A DNA stretch of 64,000 nt from the NCBI GenBank assembly GCA_031414955.1, contig JANOQV010000210.1, positions 1 to 64,000 of the forward strand. The letters run 5' to 3'. The notes under the pieces are model-generated. The model saw only the letters and a list, made by a program, of their open reading frames with translations, had not been told where the DNA came from and made no database searches. Every line of letters begins with the position of its first letter. Position 1 is the stretch's first letter. Of the stretch, positions 51,301 to 59,906 are shown piece after piece. The stretch is from Pedosphaera sp. GTDB lineage: Bacteria; Verrucomicrobiota; Verrucomicrobiia; Limisphaerales; SIBH01. The position numbers and the translations under genes are program-made.

Positions 51301-52824
51301 CGGCGAGTCCGGCACGGTCACGCGCGTCAGCTTCACTCCGTCGAAGAAACAGGGATGCGAGCGGAGCAATTCGTTCAGGCCCGCCAGTTCGGGGACGATG
51401 TTGTCGCGATGGCCCCAAGACAGGGCGCGATTGCTGTGGACGTTGATACGCTCCGTCGCGAGCCATTCCACGCCGCAAGTGAAGCCAAACCCTCCGCTGA
51501 CGCTGGTCAGGGCGCAGAGTCGATTGCGCAACAACGACCAGGCGCGGCCGCGCGCGGCCAGGCGCGTGTTGTCATGCGTCTCGCTGTAGTGAACATAAAG
51601 CCCGCGCGAGCGGCTCTGGCCCAGGGCGTATTCGAGATAACCAGCCACCTCGGCTCCGGAATAGTTTTGAAACAGTTCCGAGTAGGCCCACTGCATGGCG
51701 CCTTCGGTGAGCAAATTTTCCGTGGCTTCCCATGACCCGCCCAATCCTTCCAGCAGGAAGATGGTGGCGGGAAATTCCTCCAGCACGCGCGCCGTGATGT
51801 AGCGCCAGGCCCGCAGCGGAACCTTGTAGCCGGCGTCGCACCGAAAGCCGTCCACGCCGCGGCGGCACCAGGTGAGAAACATTTCCGCCAAATCCTCCCA
51901 GAGCGCGGCGTTGCGATGATCCAGCTCGGCGAGATCCTCCCAAACGGTGCCCCACGCGCCGGGGCTGACAAAATTGCCCTGCTCATCGCGCAGATACCAT
52001 TCGGGATGAGTCTCCTGCAACCGCGCCCCCCAGCCGGTGTGGTTGATGACCACGTCGATGAAGACGCGCCCACCGCGCGCGTGCGTGGCGTAGGTCAGTT
52101 CACAGAATTGATCGAGGCCCGTGGTGCGCTGATCAAATTCAACCAGGGCCGGATCAATCGCGGTCAAATCCTGCGCGGCATAGGGTGAGCCAAACCGCCC
52201 GAAGCGGGCGTAAGTCGTGGGCGTGGGATTCACCGGCAGCAGATGCAGAATGCGGCAGCCGAGCGTGTCGATGATGAAAGGCAGTTCCTTGATCAGATCG
52301 CGGATCTTGCCCGAAGGTGGAATCACCGCGTAGCCCTTGGCGTCCAGTTCCGCCAACCGGGCCTCGTGCTCTGGGTTCATCGTGGTGAGGGCGTGCTTGC
52401 CTTCGCCGAACATGCGGATGAACGCGCAATAGATCGTATTGCCAGTGCGATACTCGCTCGGGTGAACGGAGACACCCGCGTCTTCACCAGCCGGCCAGTG
52501 CTGCCGGCCCTCGGGATCGATGGCGTAGGCTTTGGCGCGGAAGTAGCCCGTCTCGGCGAGCGTCAACTCGCGCGACCATTCGCCACCGTTCAGCGCCAGC
52601 GGCAGATCGTGCCAGGCGGCATTGGCCAGCGTGGGCCGACGCGGATAGGCGGCAATGATTTCCTGCCGGAGCAAACGTCCCCGGCCCAGCGTGGTCCGCA
52701 GGCGAACCTGCCAGCCGGCGGGCAGCGAGCCACCATCCGACCGCCGCAAGGTGAAGCGCACCCGATCCCCGACGAAGCGCAGCAAGCGCTCGCCCGGCGC
52801 TGGCGTCATGATGAGCGGTTCCAT
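48316..52824 (-). CDS. Glycogen debranching enzyme-like fusion: GH13 alpha-amylase domain + amylo-alpha-1,6-glucosidase (GH133-type) domain
   Basis: GSPYA, DVVINHTG, DGFRCDAG, ETHD; LLTNGRGG, VIAGYPWFLDWGRD, TWMD, AYHNGTAWAW, GCDAQAWS. Start uncertain (52824-52896). Confidence 0.88.
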   Translation of the reverse strand: MEPLIMTPAPGERLLRFVGDRVRFTLRRSDGGSLPAGWQVRLRTTLGRGRLLRQEIIAAYPRRPTLANAAWHDLPLALNGGEWSRELTLAETGYFRAKAYAIDPEGRQHWPAGEDAGVSVHPSEYRTGNTIYCAFIRMFGEGKHALTTMNPEHEARLAELDAKGYAVIPPSGKIRDLIKELPFIIDTLGCRILHLLPVNPTPTTYARFGRFGSPYAAQDLTAIDPALVEFDQRTTGLDQFCELTYATHARGGRVFIDVVINHTGWGARLQETHPEWYLRDEQGNFVSPGAWGTVWEDLAELDHRNAALWEDLAEMFLTWCRRGVDGFRCDAGYKVPLRAWRYITARVLEEFPATIFLLEGLGGSWEATENLLTEGAMQWAYSELFQNYSGAEVAGYLEYALGQSRSRGLYVHYSETHDNTRLAARGRAWSLLRNRLCALTSVSGGFGFTCGVEWLATERINVHSNRALSWGHRDNIVPELAGLNELLRSHPCFFDGVKLTRVTVPDSPVFALLRESADGGRRVLVVVNNDAAHPQLARFDAALLGLTPAGPAAFNPALLIDLLGQSLPDPEFKHGKIEMGLPPAAAFCLAIKSEGGDAVRPMWPGAGAAGLPPVLQRFGTTAPPGSSHGLLYRRARAQAGWAIKAAAEIMPAEDIGAFDWRVLASWVDRDPRLLLGALQHLDPVSARGDFLSALLTAMDLKRFPSVVTWELLDRQRVTLVPPRHWLLLHDTAPFRAALGRPGEPEMHVQSIEVRAGHVAFFPPSRVEQGIYATLRLERYAEQDQRAEAKIRFLDGSAKPGQLSPAQTCPQIALLTNGRGGMARLPVDFGNITSKYDCLLAANLDDQLPVDRHVLAKRARLWIVADGFVTPLNTENLTAFQPGPPARWTFLASAGDGRAVEISVTAEMVPDQNTTVLRFHRPSRSVPFGNDLPPEARVSLTVRVDIEDRSFHSETQRNGAAEHHFASNTRALGKTESGKQKAEMGFAFTPTPDRQLRVFTDQGCYHEGVEWSVGIPHPVEATRGQTASGDAFSPGWFEISLARGDAATLVVSAELNEAEAAPWPPTLELKTEAVGGGRFYEALLRAVKAFVVRRGEGKTVIAGYPWFLDWGRDSLICARGLIAAGMFDDVRDLLVTFARFEENGTLPNTIHGANASNRDTSDAPLWFGVACEELAAAEVDGLALRGHALAAQAHPPGRESFLSTRLVTSSATRTIADVLRSIAVNYIRGTPNGIRMDPASALIWSPSHFTWMDTNYPAGTPREGYPIEIQALWIRLLKQLHRLGAAPETEPWEQLAARAEASLHELFWIEEHGWFADVLNARAGLPAKFAERSDALRSNCLIPISLGLLAGERARRTVAAVHRYLVVPGALRSLAPLPVTPPAPVYGNQGGLLNDPSHPYWSRYEGDEDTRRKPAYHNGTAWAWTFPSFCEALVRAWESDPAAVDAARAYLGSMRDLMHTGCAGHIAEIFDGDAPHTPRGCDAQAWSATEALRVWTVLKAPTH

Positions 52825-52965
52825 GCGTGGTCGAACTGGCGCAGAGTTTCCCGAGTGGCCGGTTGAAAGCAACTTTTCCGTCATACGGCTGCGCATTTGA
52901 TCGAGATTCTCGGGAAGGCAAAACGCGGCATTGTCGATTTCAACCCGCTTGCTAGACTCCGGCCC

Positions 52966-53187
52966 ATGAGTGACTTCAAGTTCTCCTGCCCGCACTGCGA
53001 TCAGCATTTGCAGTGCGATGAGCGCCTGGGGGGAAAGCAAATCCAATGTCCGGCGTGCAAGCACCTCATTGTCATCCCGCCGTCCCCCGCGCAACTCGCC
53101 CAGGGAAATTATTCGCCCGAGTCGGGCAAAACCTGGAACACCCACCTCCCGCAAGCACCCAAGGCTCCGCCCAAGCCGCCGACATGA
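52966..53187 (+). CDS. Small zinc-ribbon protein with a Pro-rich tail
   Basis: MSDFKFSCPHCDQHL...CPACK; promoter TTGTCG-N16-TAGACT 7 nt before the ATG. Confidence 0.75.
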   Translation: MSDFKFSCPHCDQHLQCDERLGGKQIQCPACKHLIVIPPSPAQLAQGNYSPESGKTWNTHLPQAPKAPPKPPT

Positions 53188-53278
53188 AACCCTGGACCTG
53201 GCGGAGGCCAATGTGTCCACCGGCAAAAGGATTTGCGTGGTTGAACATGAGGCCACCCTTCACAGTCTTCTGGTGGAC

Positions 53279-54469
53279 ATGCAAAAAACCGTGACACCCA
53301 TGGAGGGTTTGACCGCACCGTTTGATTTCCAACCGCGCACTCGGCTGGTCTTCGGCGTGAATACGGTCGAGCGCGTGGGTGAAATCGTTCGGGAACTCGG
53401 CGCGAAAAAAGTCCTCCTCGTCACCGACGCCGGACTCGTCGCCGCCGGCCATGCCGAACACGTTTTGAAAAGCCTCGCCGCCGATGGGGTCACGGCCACG
53501 ATCTTCGCCAAGGTGCGCGAAAATCCCACCACCCGCTGCGTGGCGGACTGTCTGGCCGTGGCTCGGTCCGCGCAGATTGAAGCCATCATCGGCTTGGGCG
53601 GTGGAAGTTCCATGGACACGGCCAAGGGCTGTAATTTCCTCCTAACCAACGGCGGACGCATGGAGGATTACTGGGGCGTGGGCAAAGCCACCAAGCCGAT
53701 GCTGCCACTCGTCGCCATTCCGACCACTGCCGGCACAGGCAGCGAGTGCCAGAGCGCCGCACTCATCGCGGACGAAATCACGCACCAGAAGATGGCCTGC
53801 CTCGATCCTAAGGCGGCCGCGCGCGTGGCTATTCTCGATCCTGCGCTGACTCTTTCGCAACCGCCGCGCGTCACCGCCTGCACCGGCATCGACGCCATTG
53901 CTCACGCCGTGGAAACCGCCGTGACGAAGAAGTGCAACTCGCTCTCCAGCATGTTCTCGCGCGAAGCCTTCAAGTTGCTCGCGCCCAATCTCTCGCGTGT
54001 TCTGGAAAATCCCGCAGACCTTGCCGCCCGCGGCCGGATGTTGCTCGGGGCCGCTTATGCCGGCACCGCCATCGAGAACTCCATGCTCGGCGCGGCCCAT
54101 GCCGCAGCCAATCCGCTCACCGCACAGTACGGCATCGTCCACGGCCAGGCCGTGGGGATGCTGCTCCCGCACGTCGTCCGCTTCAATGCCGAGCTCGACG
54201 AGGCTCGGCGCAGCTACGCTGAACTGGCTTCCGCGCCGGAGTTGGCCTGTGTGAGCGACGGCCTCGAACAAGCGGTGGAGGCGCTGATTTCAGAACTCTG
54301 TTCCCTGCTGGAACTCGCGAAAATGCCAGCCTCGCTGAGTGACTGTGGAGTGAAGCAGAAGGATTTACCCATGCTGGCGGCAGAAGCGGCGAAGCAATGG
54401 ACGGCCCATTTCAATCCTCGTGCTGTCACAGAAAAAGATTTCCTCTCTCTCTACGAGACGGCGTTTTGA
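53279..54469 (+). CDS. Iron-containing alcohol dehydrogenase
   Basis: GGGSSMDTAK, IPTTAGTGSE, DAIAHAVE, HAAA, HGQA. Start may be 53300. Confidence 0.93.
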   Translation: MQKTVTPMEGLTAPFDFQPRTRLVFGVNTVERVGEIVRELGAKKVLLVTDAGLVAAGHAEHVLKSLAADGVTATIFAKVRENPTTRCVADCLAVARSAQIEAIIGLGGGSSMDTAKGCNFLLTNGGRMEDYWGVGKATKPMLPLVAIPTTAGTGSECQSAALIADEITHQKMACLDPKAAARVAILDPALTLSQPPRVTACTGIDAIAHAVETAVTKKCNSLSSMFSREAFKLLAPNLSRVLENPADLAARGRMLLGAAYAGTAIENSMLGAAHAAANPLTAQYGIVHGQAVGMLLPHVVRFNAELDEARRSYAELASAPELACVSDGLEQAVEALISELCSLLELAKMPASLSDCGVKQKDLPMLAAEAAKQWTAHFNPRAVTEKDFLSLYETAF

Positions 54470-54473
54470 GGTT

Positions 54474-54557
54474 TGGTGCGCGAGAGAGGACTTGAACCTC
54501 CACCCCTTACGGGACCAGATCCTAAGTCTGGCGTGTCTGCCATTTCACCACTCGCGC
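54474..54557 (-). tRNA. tRNA-Leu (anticodon TAG)
   Basis: GCGCGAGTGGTGAAATGGCAGACACGCCAGACTTAGGATCTGG...GGTTCAAGTCCTCTCTCGCGCACCA; long variable arm and encoded CCA. Confidence 0.97.
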
Positions 54558-55002
54558 GATACCGGAGTCACGATGCCATGCGCAGACACAACCTCAAGAT
54601 TGCTTTTGGCGCGGGGATCTTCGTCATGAGCACGAGGATAGAAGCGAACAGGCGCGAAGCCAAAGGTCACTCTTTCCAAAGCTAACCGTGCCGCGACGCT
54701 TCAAGCCTGGACGGTCATCGCGCGAGCGCGGTCGCTTCTCCTCGACAGCAACATCCTCTCCGAAATCTGGAAACCCGCACCGTTGATCTCAGGCCTCGCT
54801 TGGTTTGAGCGGGACGAATGGTTTCTGCCGTCGTCCATCATCGCCGAGGCATAGCAGGGTGCCAAATCTGTTCCCTGTGCCGTGCCGTGGACACAGCTCA
54901 AGGATTACGAGCACTCGCGAAACCAGCGCGTTTCGCAGCTTGTTTCAAACACCGTAGTCAACCGACCTCAGCCGGAGGGGGCTTAAGTTGAGTGCAGATC
55001 AG

Positions 55003-55035
55003 AAAAGCGCATGAGCAGTAAAAACTGCCCATGCG
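55003..55035 (-). terminator. Intrinsic terminator after the hisG-bS22-like genes
   Basis: Minus strand CGCATGGGCAGT-TTTT-ACTGCTCATGCG-CTTTT. Confidence 0.7.
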
Positions 55036-55087
55036 TTGAGAACGGTATGATTAGCAACCGGGCCGACAGTAAGCCGACGGCACCGGG

Positions 55088-55189
55088 CTACTTCTGCCAG
55101 GTACGCTTCTTGTGGCGGTTGGCCCGCATCTTCTTGCGACGCTTGTGCTTGTTAATTTTCGCTTTCCGGCGTTTTTTCAGTGAACCCAT
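55088..55189 (-). CDS. 33-aa basic protein, AURKAIP1/COX24 (ribosomal bS22/mS38-like) family
   Basis: Hand translation [37 protein letters not shown]. It is below the ORF-track size cut-off. Confidence 0.85.
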   Translation of the reverse strand: MGSLKKRRKAKINKHKRRKKMRANRHKKRTWQK

Positions 55190-55219
55190 ATCAATTCTTT
55201 TAAGAGCGAGACATTGTGG

Positions 55220-56128
55220 TCAGTACACGACCTTGTTCAAGGGATATTCGATGATGCCTTCAGCTCCGGCAGCCTTGAGGGCTGGGATGATTTCGCGGAC
55301 GATGTGCTCATCGATGATGGTTTCGACGGCAACCCAACCGGGCAGACTGAGGTGCGAGATGGTGGGATTGCGGAGCGCGGGTAGTGTTTTAAGCAGATTG
55401 GCGAGGCGCTTCTCCTCGATGTTCATCTTGAGGCCAACCTTGGCCTCGGCTTCGAGTGCGCCGCGCAAGAGGAGGGCGAGCGTCTCGATCTTTTGGCGCT
55501 TCCAAGGGTTTTTCCACGACTCGTGATTAACGATGAGTCGGGGGGTGGAAATGAGAAGAGTGTCCACGATGCGCAAATTGTTCGCGCGCAAAGAGGATCC
55601 TGTCTCGGTGACTTCAACAATGGCGTCCACGAGTTCGTGCGCCTTCACCTCCGTCGCGCCCCAGGAAAACTCCACTTCGGCCTTCACGCCGTGCTTCTTC
55701 AAGTAGCTCTTGGTGAGATGGACGACCTCAGTGGCGATGCGCTTCCCTTCCAGATCCTGGACCGATTTGATCGGTGACTCTTCCGGGACAGCCAGCACCC
55801 AACGGGCGGGGCGGCGGGAGACTTTGCTGAACAGGAACTCGCCGACTTCATGCACATCCGAGCCATTCTCCTTCACCCAATCGTGGCCGGTAATGCCGCA
55901 ATCCAGATAACCCAGTTCCACGTAACGGCTAATTTCCTGCGCGCGGATAAGGCGGATTTCCATCTCCTCATCATCGACGTAGGGTACGTAAGAACGGCTG
56001 CTGATCTGCACGTTGAAGCCCGCCTTGGCCATCTTCTCGATGGTGGCGTCCTGCAAGCTGCCCTTGGGCAAACCTAGTCGCAGCTTCTTTGCCTCCAATT
56101 TTTTTGCGGCTTTTGAATTAGCTCTCAT
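55220..56128 (-). CDS. hisG: ATP phosphoribosyltransferase (long form)
   Basis: [32 protein letters not shown], plus C-terminal regulatory domain. Confidence 0.96.
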   Translation of the reverse strand: MRANSKAAKKLEAKKLRLGLPKGSLQDATIEKMAKAGFNVQISSRSYVPYVDDEEMEIRLIRAQEISRYVELGYLDCGITGHDWVKENGSDVHEVGEFLFSKVSRRPARWVLAVPEESPIKSVQDLEGKRIATEVVHLTKSYLKKHGVKAEVEFSWGATEVKAHELVDAIVEVTETGSSLRANNLRIVDTLLISTPRLIVNHESWKNPWKRQKIETLALLLRGALEAEAKVGLKMNIEEKRLANLLKTLPALRNPTISHLSLPGWVAVETIIDEHIVREIIPALKAAGAEGIIEYPLNKVVY

Positions 56129-56219
56129 CCCACTGTTTTCTGTAAAATTATCTCCGGTCTTTCGATGAAATTGATTCGGCTGCGCCCCGTGGGAGCGTCT
56201 TGCTCCGCCGAAAGACTAT

Positions 56220-56885
56220 TCACTTTTGCGGCTCATCCTTGAACCATAAGGTTTGTCGTCCTTGGATTTGAATCTCGCCCCGTGCGAACCCGGCCACGAC
56301 TTGCGGATACACCTTTCGCTCGGCCTGCTGAATCCGTTCGTGCAAGGTCGTCGGCGTGTCCCCGTCCAGCACTGGCACCGCTTCCTGCGCGATGATGGCA
56401 CCGCTATCGACGCCTTGATCCACGAAATGCACCGTGCAGCCTGTGATCTTCACCCCGTAGTCCAATGCTTGCTTCCAAGCCTCCAAACCCGGAAATGCCG
56501 GGAGCAAGGAGGGGTGGATATTCACGACGCGATTTTGAAATGCACGCAAAAAATCTCCTTTCAAGATGCGCATGAATCCCGCGAGCACGATCAGATCAAC
56601 CCTCGCCTCCTGGAGTTTGGTGATGTAAGCGTGCTCGGCCTGCTCATCGAGCTTGGTGCGGAATTTCCCCGGAGCCACGAACTCCGCTGGTCGCCCACGA
56701 TCGCGCGCGTGCTGTAAAATCCCCGCGCCCTCGACATCGCTCAGCACGACGGCGACCTCCGCCGGCACCTCACCGCGCTGGATGGCCTCGGCGAGGGCCG
56801 CGAAGTTCGAGCCTTTGCCCGAACCGAGCACGCCGAGACGGAATTTGGATGAGCCTGACACGCCGCTGTTAAATCCGAGTGTCAT
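56220..56885 (-). CDS. purN: Phosphoribosylglycinamide formyltransferase
   Basis: LGSGKGSN, LAGFMRIL, NIHPSLLPAF, GCTVHFV. Start 56885 or GTG 56861. Confidence 0.95.
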   Translation of the reverse strand: MTLGFNSGVSGSSKFRLGVLGSGKGSNFAALAEAIQRGEVPAEVAVVLSDVEGAGILQHARDRGRPAEFVAPGKFRTKLDEQAEHAYITKLQEARVDLIVLAGFMRILKGDFLRAFQNRVVNIHPSLLPAFPGLEAWKQALDYGVKITGCTVHFVDQGVDSGAIIAQEAVPVLDGDTPTTLHERIQQAERKVYPQVVAGFARGEIQIQGRQTLWFKDEPQK

Positions 56886-57028
56886 CTGCGGAGCAAGCGC
56901 CGAGTAGAAAGGAATTGGGCAGAACCGACGGAAAGGCGCGGGGAAAAAGTGCATTCCGGGGCAAAGTTTGGTGACTTTCCGCCAGTTTAGGCGAAGACTT
57001 CGGACTAGTGAATGGTGGAGGCTCAATC

Positions 57029-57526
57029 ATGAAAGCAAGCGATGAATCAAACCCGTTGACGGCGCTGATCGCCGGCCATCCGTTTTTCCGTGACTTGGCT
57101 CCGCAGCATGTGCAGTTGCTGGCGGAAGCCGCGATGTTGAAGGAGTTCAAGGCGGGTGAAGTCATTTTCAAAGAAGGCGACCCGGCGAACCGCTTCTACA
57201 TCCTGCTTGATGGCGAAGTGGAGGTCATGAGCGAAGGCCGCGAAGCGTCCAATGTGTTGGTGCAAAAAATCGGCCCCGGCGAAGTGCTCGGATGGTCGTG
57301 GCTGTTCCCGCCGTACTACTGGCACTTTGCCGCGCGGGCCGGGATGAAGACGCGGGCCATTTTTTTCTACGGCACCTGGCTGCGAGAGAGTTGTGAGCGG
57401 GATCACGATTTCGGTTTTGCCATGCTGAAACGTATGTCGGCCGTGATCATTCAAAGACTCCAGGCGGCGCGCAAGCGATTGGTGGAGGCGGAATCGAAGT
57501 CCCCGCGTCCGCCTTCGCTGAATTGA
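57029..57526 (+). CDS. Cyclic nucleotide-binding domain protein (Crp-like, no HTH)
   Basis: IFKEGDPANRFYILLDGEV, PGEVLGWSWL; GGAGG SD. Confidence 0.88.
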   Translation: MKASDESNPLTALIAGHPFFRDLAPQHVQLLAEAAMLKEFKAGEVIFKEGDPANRFYILLDGEVEVMSEGREASNVLVQKIGPGEVLGWSWLFPPYYWHFAARAGMKTRAIFFYGTWLRESCERDHDFGFAMLKRMSAVIIQRLQAARKRLVEAESKSPRPPSLN

Positions 57527-57646
57527 GGACGGCCCGGGCATGGTCTCGAATTCAAGCTCCCCACCTGGAGGTGGTCAGCAATCTGTCGGCGACTTTCTTG
57601 CGGAGAACCTTGAGCCGCGCCTGCCTTCTCTGAAAGTATCCGGCCA

Positions 57647-58363
57647 ATGCAGGAAATTACCGCGCTTGACGGCGCAATTCTCGTGGACAAACCGGCGGGT
57701 TGGACCTCGCACGATGTGGTGGCGAAAATTCGCAACCACTTTCGGATTGCCAAGGTCGGCCATTGCGGAACGCTCGATCCCAACGCCACCGGTCTGCTCA
57801 TCATCGTGCTCGGCCGCGGCACCAAACTCTCGGAAAAGCTCATGTCCTCGGACAAGGTGTACGAGGGTGAAGCCAAGTTCGGCGAAGCCACGGACAGTTA
57901 TGACATAGATGGTCAGATTACGGCCACCCGCCCCGTGCCGCCGCTGACTGTGGAACTGTTGAACGAGGAGGCGGTGAAATTCACCGGCGATCTGATGCAG
58001 TTGCCACCGATGGTTTCGGCCGTAAAGATCGCCGGCGTGCCGCTCTACAAACTCGCGCGCCAGGGCCAGGAAGTGGAGCGCAAAGAACGGCTCATCCACA
58101 TCTACACCTACCGTTTCACGTCCTACGCCGAGCCGGTGGGCGTGTTCCGCGTGGCCTGCACCAAGGGCACCTATGTTCGCTCACTCGTTCACGACCTCGG
58201 CCAGCGACTGGGCTGCGGCGCGCATTTGAAAACCTTGCGGCGGCTCGACTCGGGAAAATTCTCCGTGAACGATGCCGCGCCGCTGGAAGAAATCCTAAAA
58301 TGGCCGGTGGCCGAATTCACCCGCCACGTCATTCCCTTTTTTCAACTGGCTCGCGCGGAGTGA
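57647..58363 (+). CDS. truB: tRNA pseudouridine(55) synthase
   Basis: DKPAGWTSHDVV, KVGHCGTLDP, KGTYVRSL. Confidence 0.97.
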   Translation: MQEITALDGAILVDKPAGWTSHDVVAKIRNHFRIAKVGHCGTLDPNATGLLIIVLGRGTKLSEKLMSSDKVYEGEAKFGEATDSYDIDGQITATRPVPPLTVELLNEEAVKFTGDLMQLPPMVSAVKIAGVPLYKLARQGQEVERKERLIHIYTYRFTSYAEPVGVFRVACTKGTYVRSLVHDLGQRLGCGAHLKTLRRLDSGKFSVNDAAPLEEILKWPVAEFTRHVIPFFQLARAE

Positions 58364-58364
58364 G

Positions 58365-59297
58365 ATGGCTCGCATGAAGACGTTTCACCACCCGGACTCC
58401 TTTGAGTCCGACGGCCGAAAGATCTCTCTCGCCATCGGCATGTTCGACGGAGTGCATCTCGGTCATCAACAACTCATCCGCCAAGCCGTGGCCGACGCCG
58501 AGCAGCATGAGGGATTCGCGGCGGTGGTCACTTTCGATCGTCACCCAAACAGCATCGTCGCTCCAGAGCGGGTGCCGCCCTTGATTTACGCGCCGCCGCA
58601 AAAGCTGAGGGCCTTCGCAGCGCTCGGCGTGGACGCGGTGCTGGTAATCCCCTTCACCCGGGAGTTTAGCGCGCAGTCGGGCGAGAAGTTCATCCGACAA
58701 CTGGCGGGAAGACTCAGGCCACTGCACAGCATCAGCGTGGGCAGTTCTTTCGTGTTTGGACATCAGCGCAGTGGCGACGTGTCTTTGATGCAACGCCTCG
58801 GCCAAGAACTGGGCTTTCTCGTGCGCGGTATCGCATCGGTATCGCTCGACGGCGAGGTGGTGAGCAGCACGCGCATCCGCGAGGCCGTGCGGCAAGGTGA
58901 TCTCGATGGAGCATCTCAAATGCTGGGCCGTGAATACGCCCTCAGCGGCACCATCGTGCGCGGCGACGCATTGGGTGCGAAACTTGGCTATCCAACGGCG
59001 AACCTTGAAATTCATGGACGACTTGTTCCACCCGAGGGTGTCTATGCGGCACATGCCTACCTTGATGGTGGCCGCCATCGCGCTGTGGCGAACATCGGAC
59101 GCCGACCGACGTTGCGAAATCCCGCGCCAGAATTGCGCGCCGAGGTACATTTGCTGGATTTTGCGCGCGACATTTACGGGCACGAGATGGAGTTGACCTT
59201 TGCCGCGAAACTGCGCGAGGAGCAAAAGTTTCCCTCGCTGGAGCTGTTGCGCGCGCAAATCGGCCGCGACTTGCAAGCCGCTCTCACAAGATTCTGA
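58365..59297 (+). CDS. ribF: Bifunctional riboflavin kinase/FAD synthetase
   Basis: IGMFDGVHLGH, SSTRIR, LGYPTANL, EVHLLDF. Confidence 0.97.
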   Translation: MARMKTFHHPDSFESDGRKISLAIGMFDGVHLGHQQLIRQAVADAEQHEGFAAVVTFDRHPNSIVAPERVPPLIYAPPQKLRAFAALGVDAVLVIPFTREFSAQSGEKFIRQLAGRLRPLHSISVGSSFVFGHQRSGDVSLMQRLGQELGFLVRGIASVSLDGEVVSSTRIREAVRQGDLDGASQMLGREYALSGTIVRGDALGAKLGYPTANLEIHGRLVPPEGVYAAHAYLDGGRHRAVANIGRRPTLRNPAPELRAEVHLLDFARDIYGHEMELTFAAKLREEQKFPSLELLRAQIGRDLQAALTRF

Positions 59298-59384
59298 GCT
59301 CGAAACATTCCCCATGCACCTCTCAAACCGCACGGGGAAGGCGAGCACGATCCGTCCGATGACCGAACTGGCCTGGAAAATTGC

Positions 59385-59413
59385 TTTACACCCATTTCGA
59401 CGCCACCTAACTT
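59385..59413 (+). promoter_or_regulatory. Sigma70-type promoter of rpsO
   Basis: TTTACA-N17-TAACTT. Confidence 0.55.
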
Positions 59414-59452
59414 TCGCCGCTCAATTACAAAAGAAAGATGCAGTCAGCCAAT

Positions 59453-59707
59453 ATGGAGAAAGCGAAAGTCATCGAAGGTGTGCGTATTCACGATAAAGAC
59501 ACGGGTTCAGCCGATGTCCAGATCGCGATTCTGACCGCGCGGGTCAACGAACTGACGGAACACCTGCAGAAAAACAAGAAGGACCATAGTTCGCGGCGCG
59601 GCCTACTAATGATGGTGGCCCAGCGCCGCCGTCTGCTGGACTATTTACACAAGAAGAATGCGCCTCGTTATCAGGCCATCACCAAGAAGTTGAAACTGCG
59701 GAAATAA
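59453..59707 (+). CDS. rpsO: 30S ribosomal protein S15
   Basis: [31 protein letters not shown]. Confidence 0.98.
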   Translation: MEKAKVIEGVRIHDKDTGSADVQIAILTARVNELTEHLQKNKKDHSSRRGLLMMVAQRRRLLDYLHKKNAPRYQAITKKLKLRK

Positions 59708-59816
59708 ATTTTTGAGACGCGCGCCCGGTTTGACTGTGGCGCGCGTTTCACTTTCATCAGGCCGCAGAGACGCGGTGGCCGGGTGAACTTCAAAAACAAC
59801 ACGCGTATGGTAACTG

Positions 59817-59885
59817 GCCGCCTCTGGGAAATTTCAATCAGCCTCGAATGTTTTCGAGGTTCACTGAAGTTCCTCTGGAGGCGGC
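59817..59885 (+). promoter_or_regulatory. Long hairpin in the pnp leader (candidate RNase III processing stem)
   Basis: GCCGCCTC...GCCTCGAA-TGTT-TTCGAGGT...GAGGCGGC, 21 nt before the pnp ATG. Confidence 0.55.
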
Positions 59886-59906
59886 GGTTCATTAAATAAA
59901 AGAAGT

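Noticed and set aside
54701..54901. 66-aa minus-strand ORF and a sigma54-like TGGCAC motif near 54865
   Set aside because: No recognisable protein features, and the GG-GC spacing is one base off the -24/-12 consensus.
54474..55080. Integrative element at tRNA-Leu
   Set aside because: No integrase, and I saw no duplicated tRNA 3' end in the window; the tRNA 3' end abuts the ADH stop.
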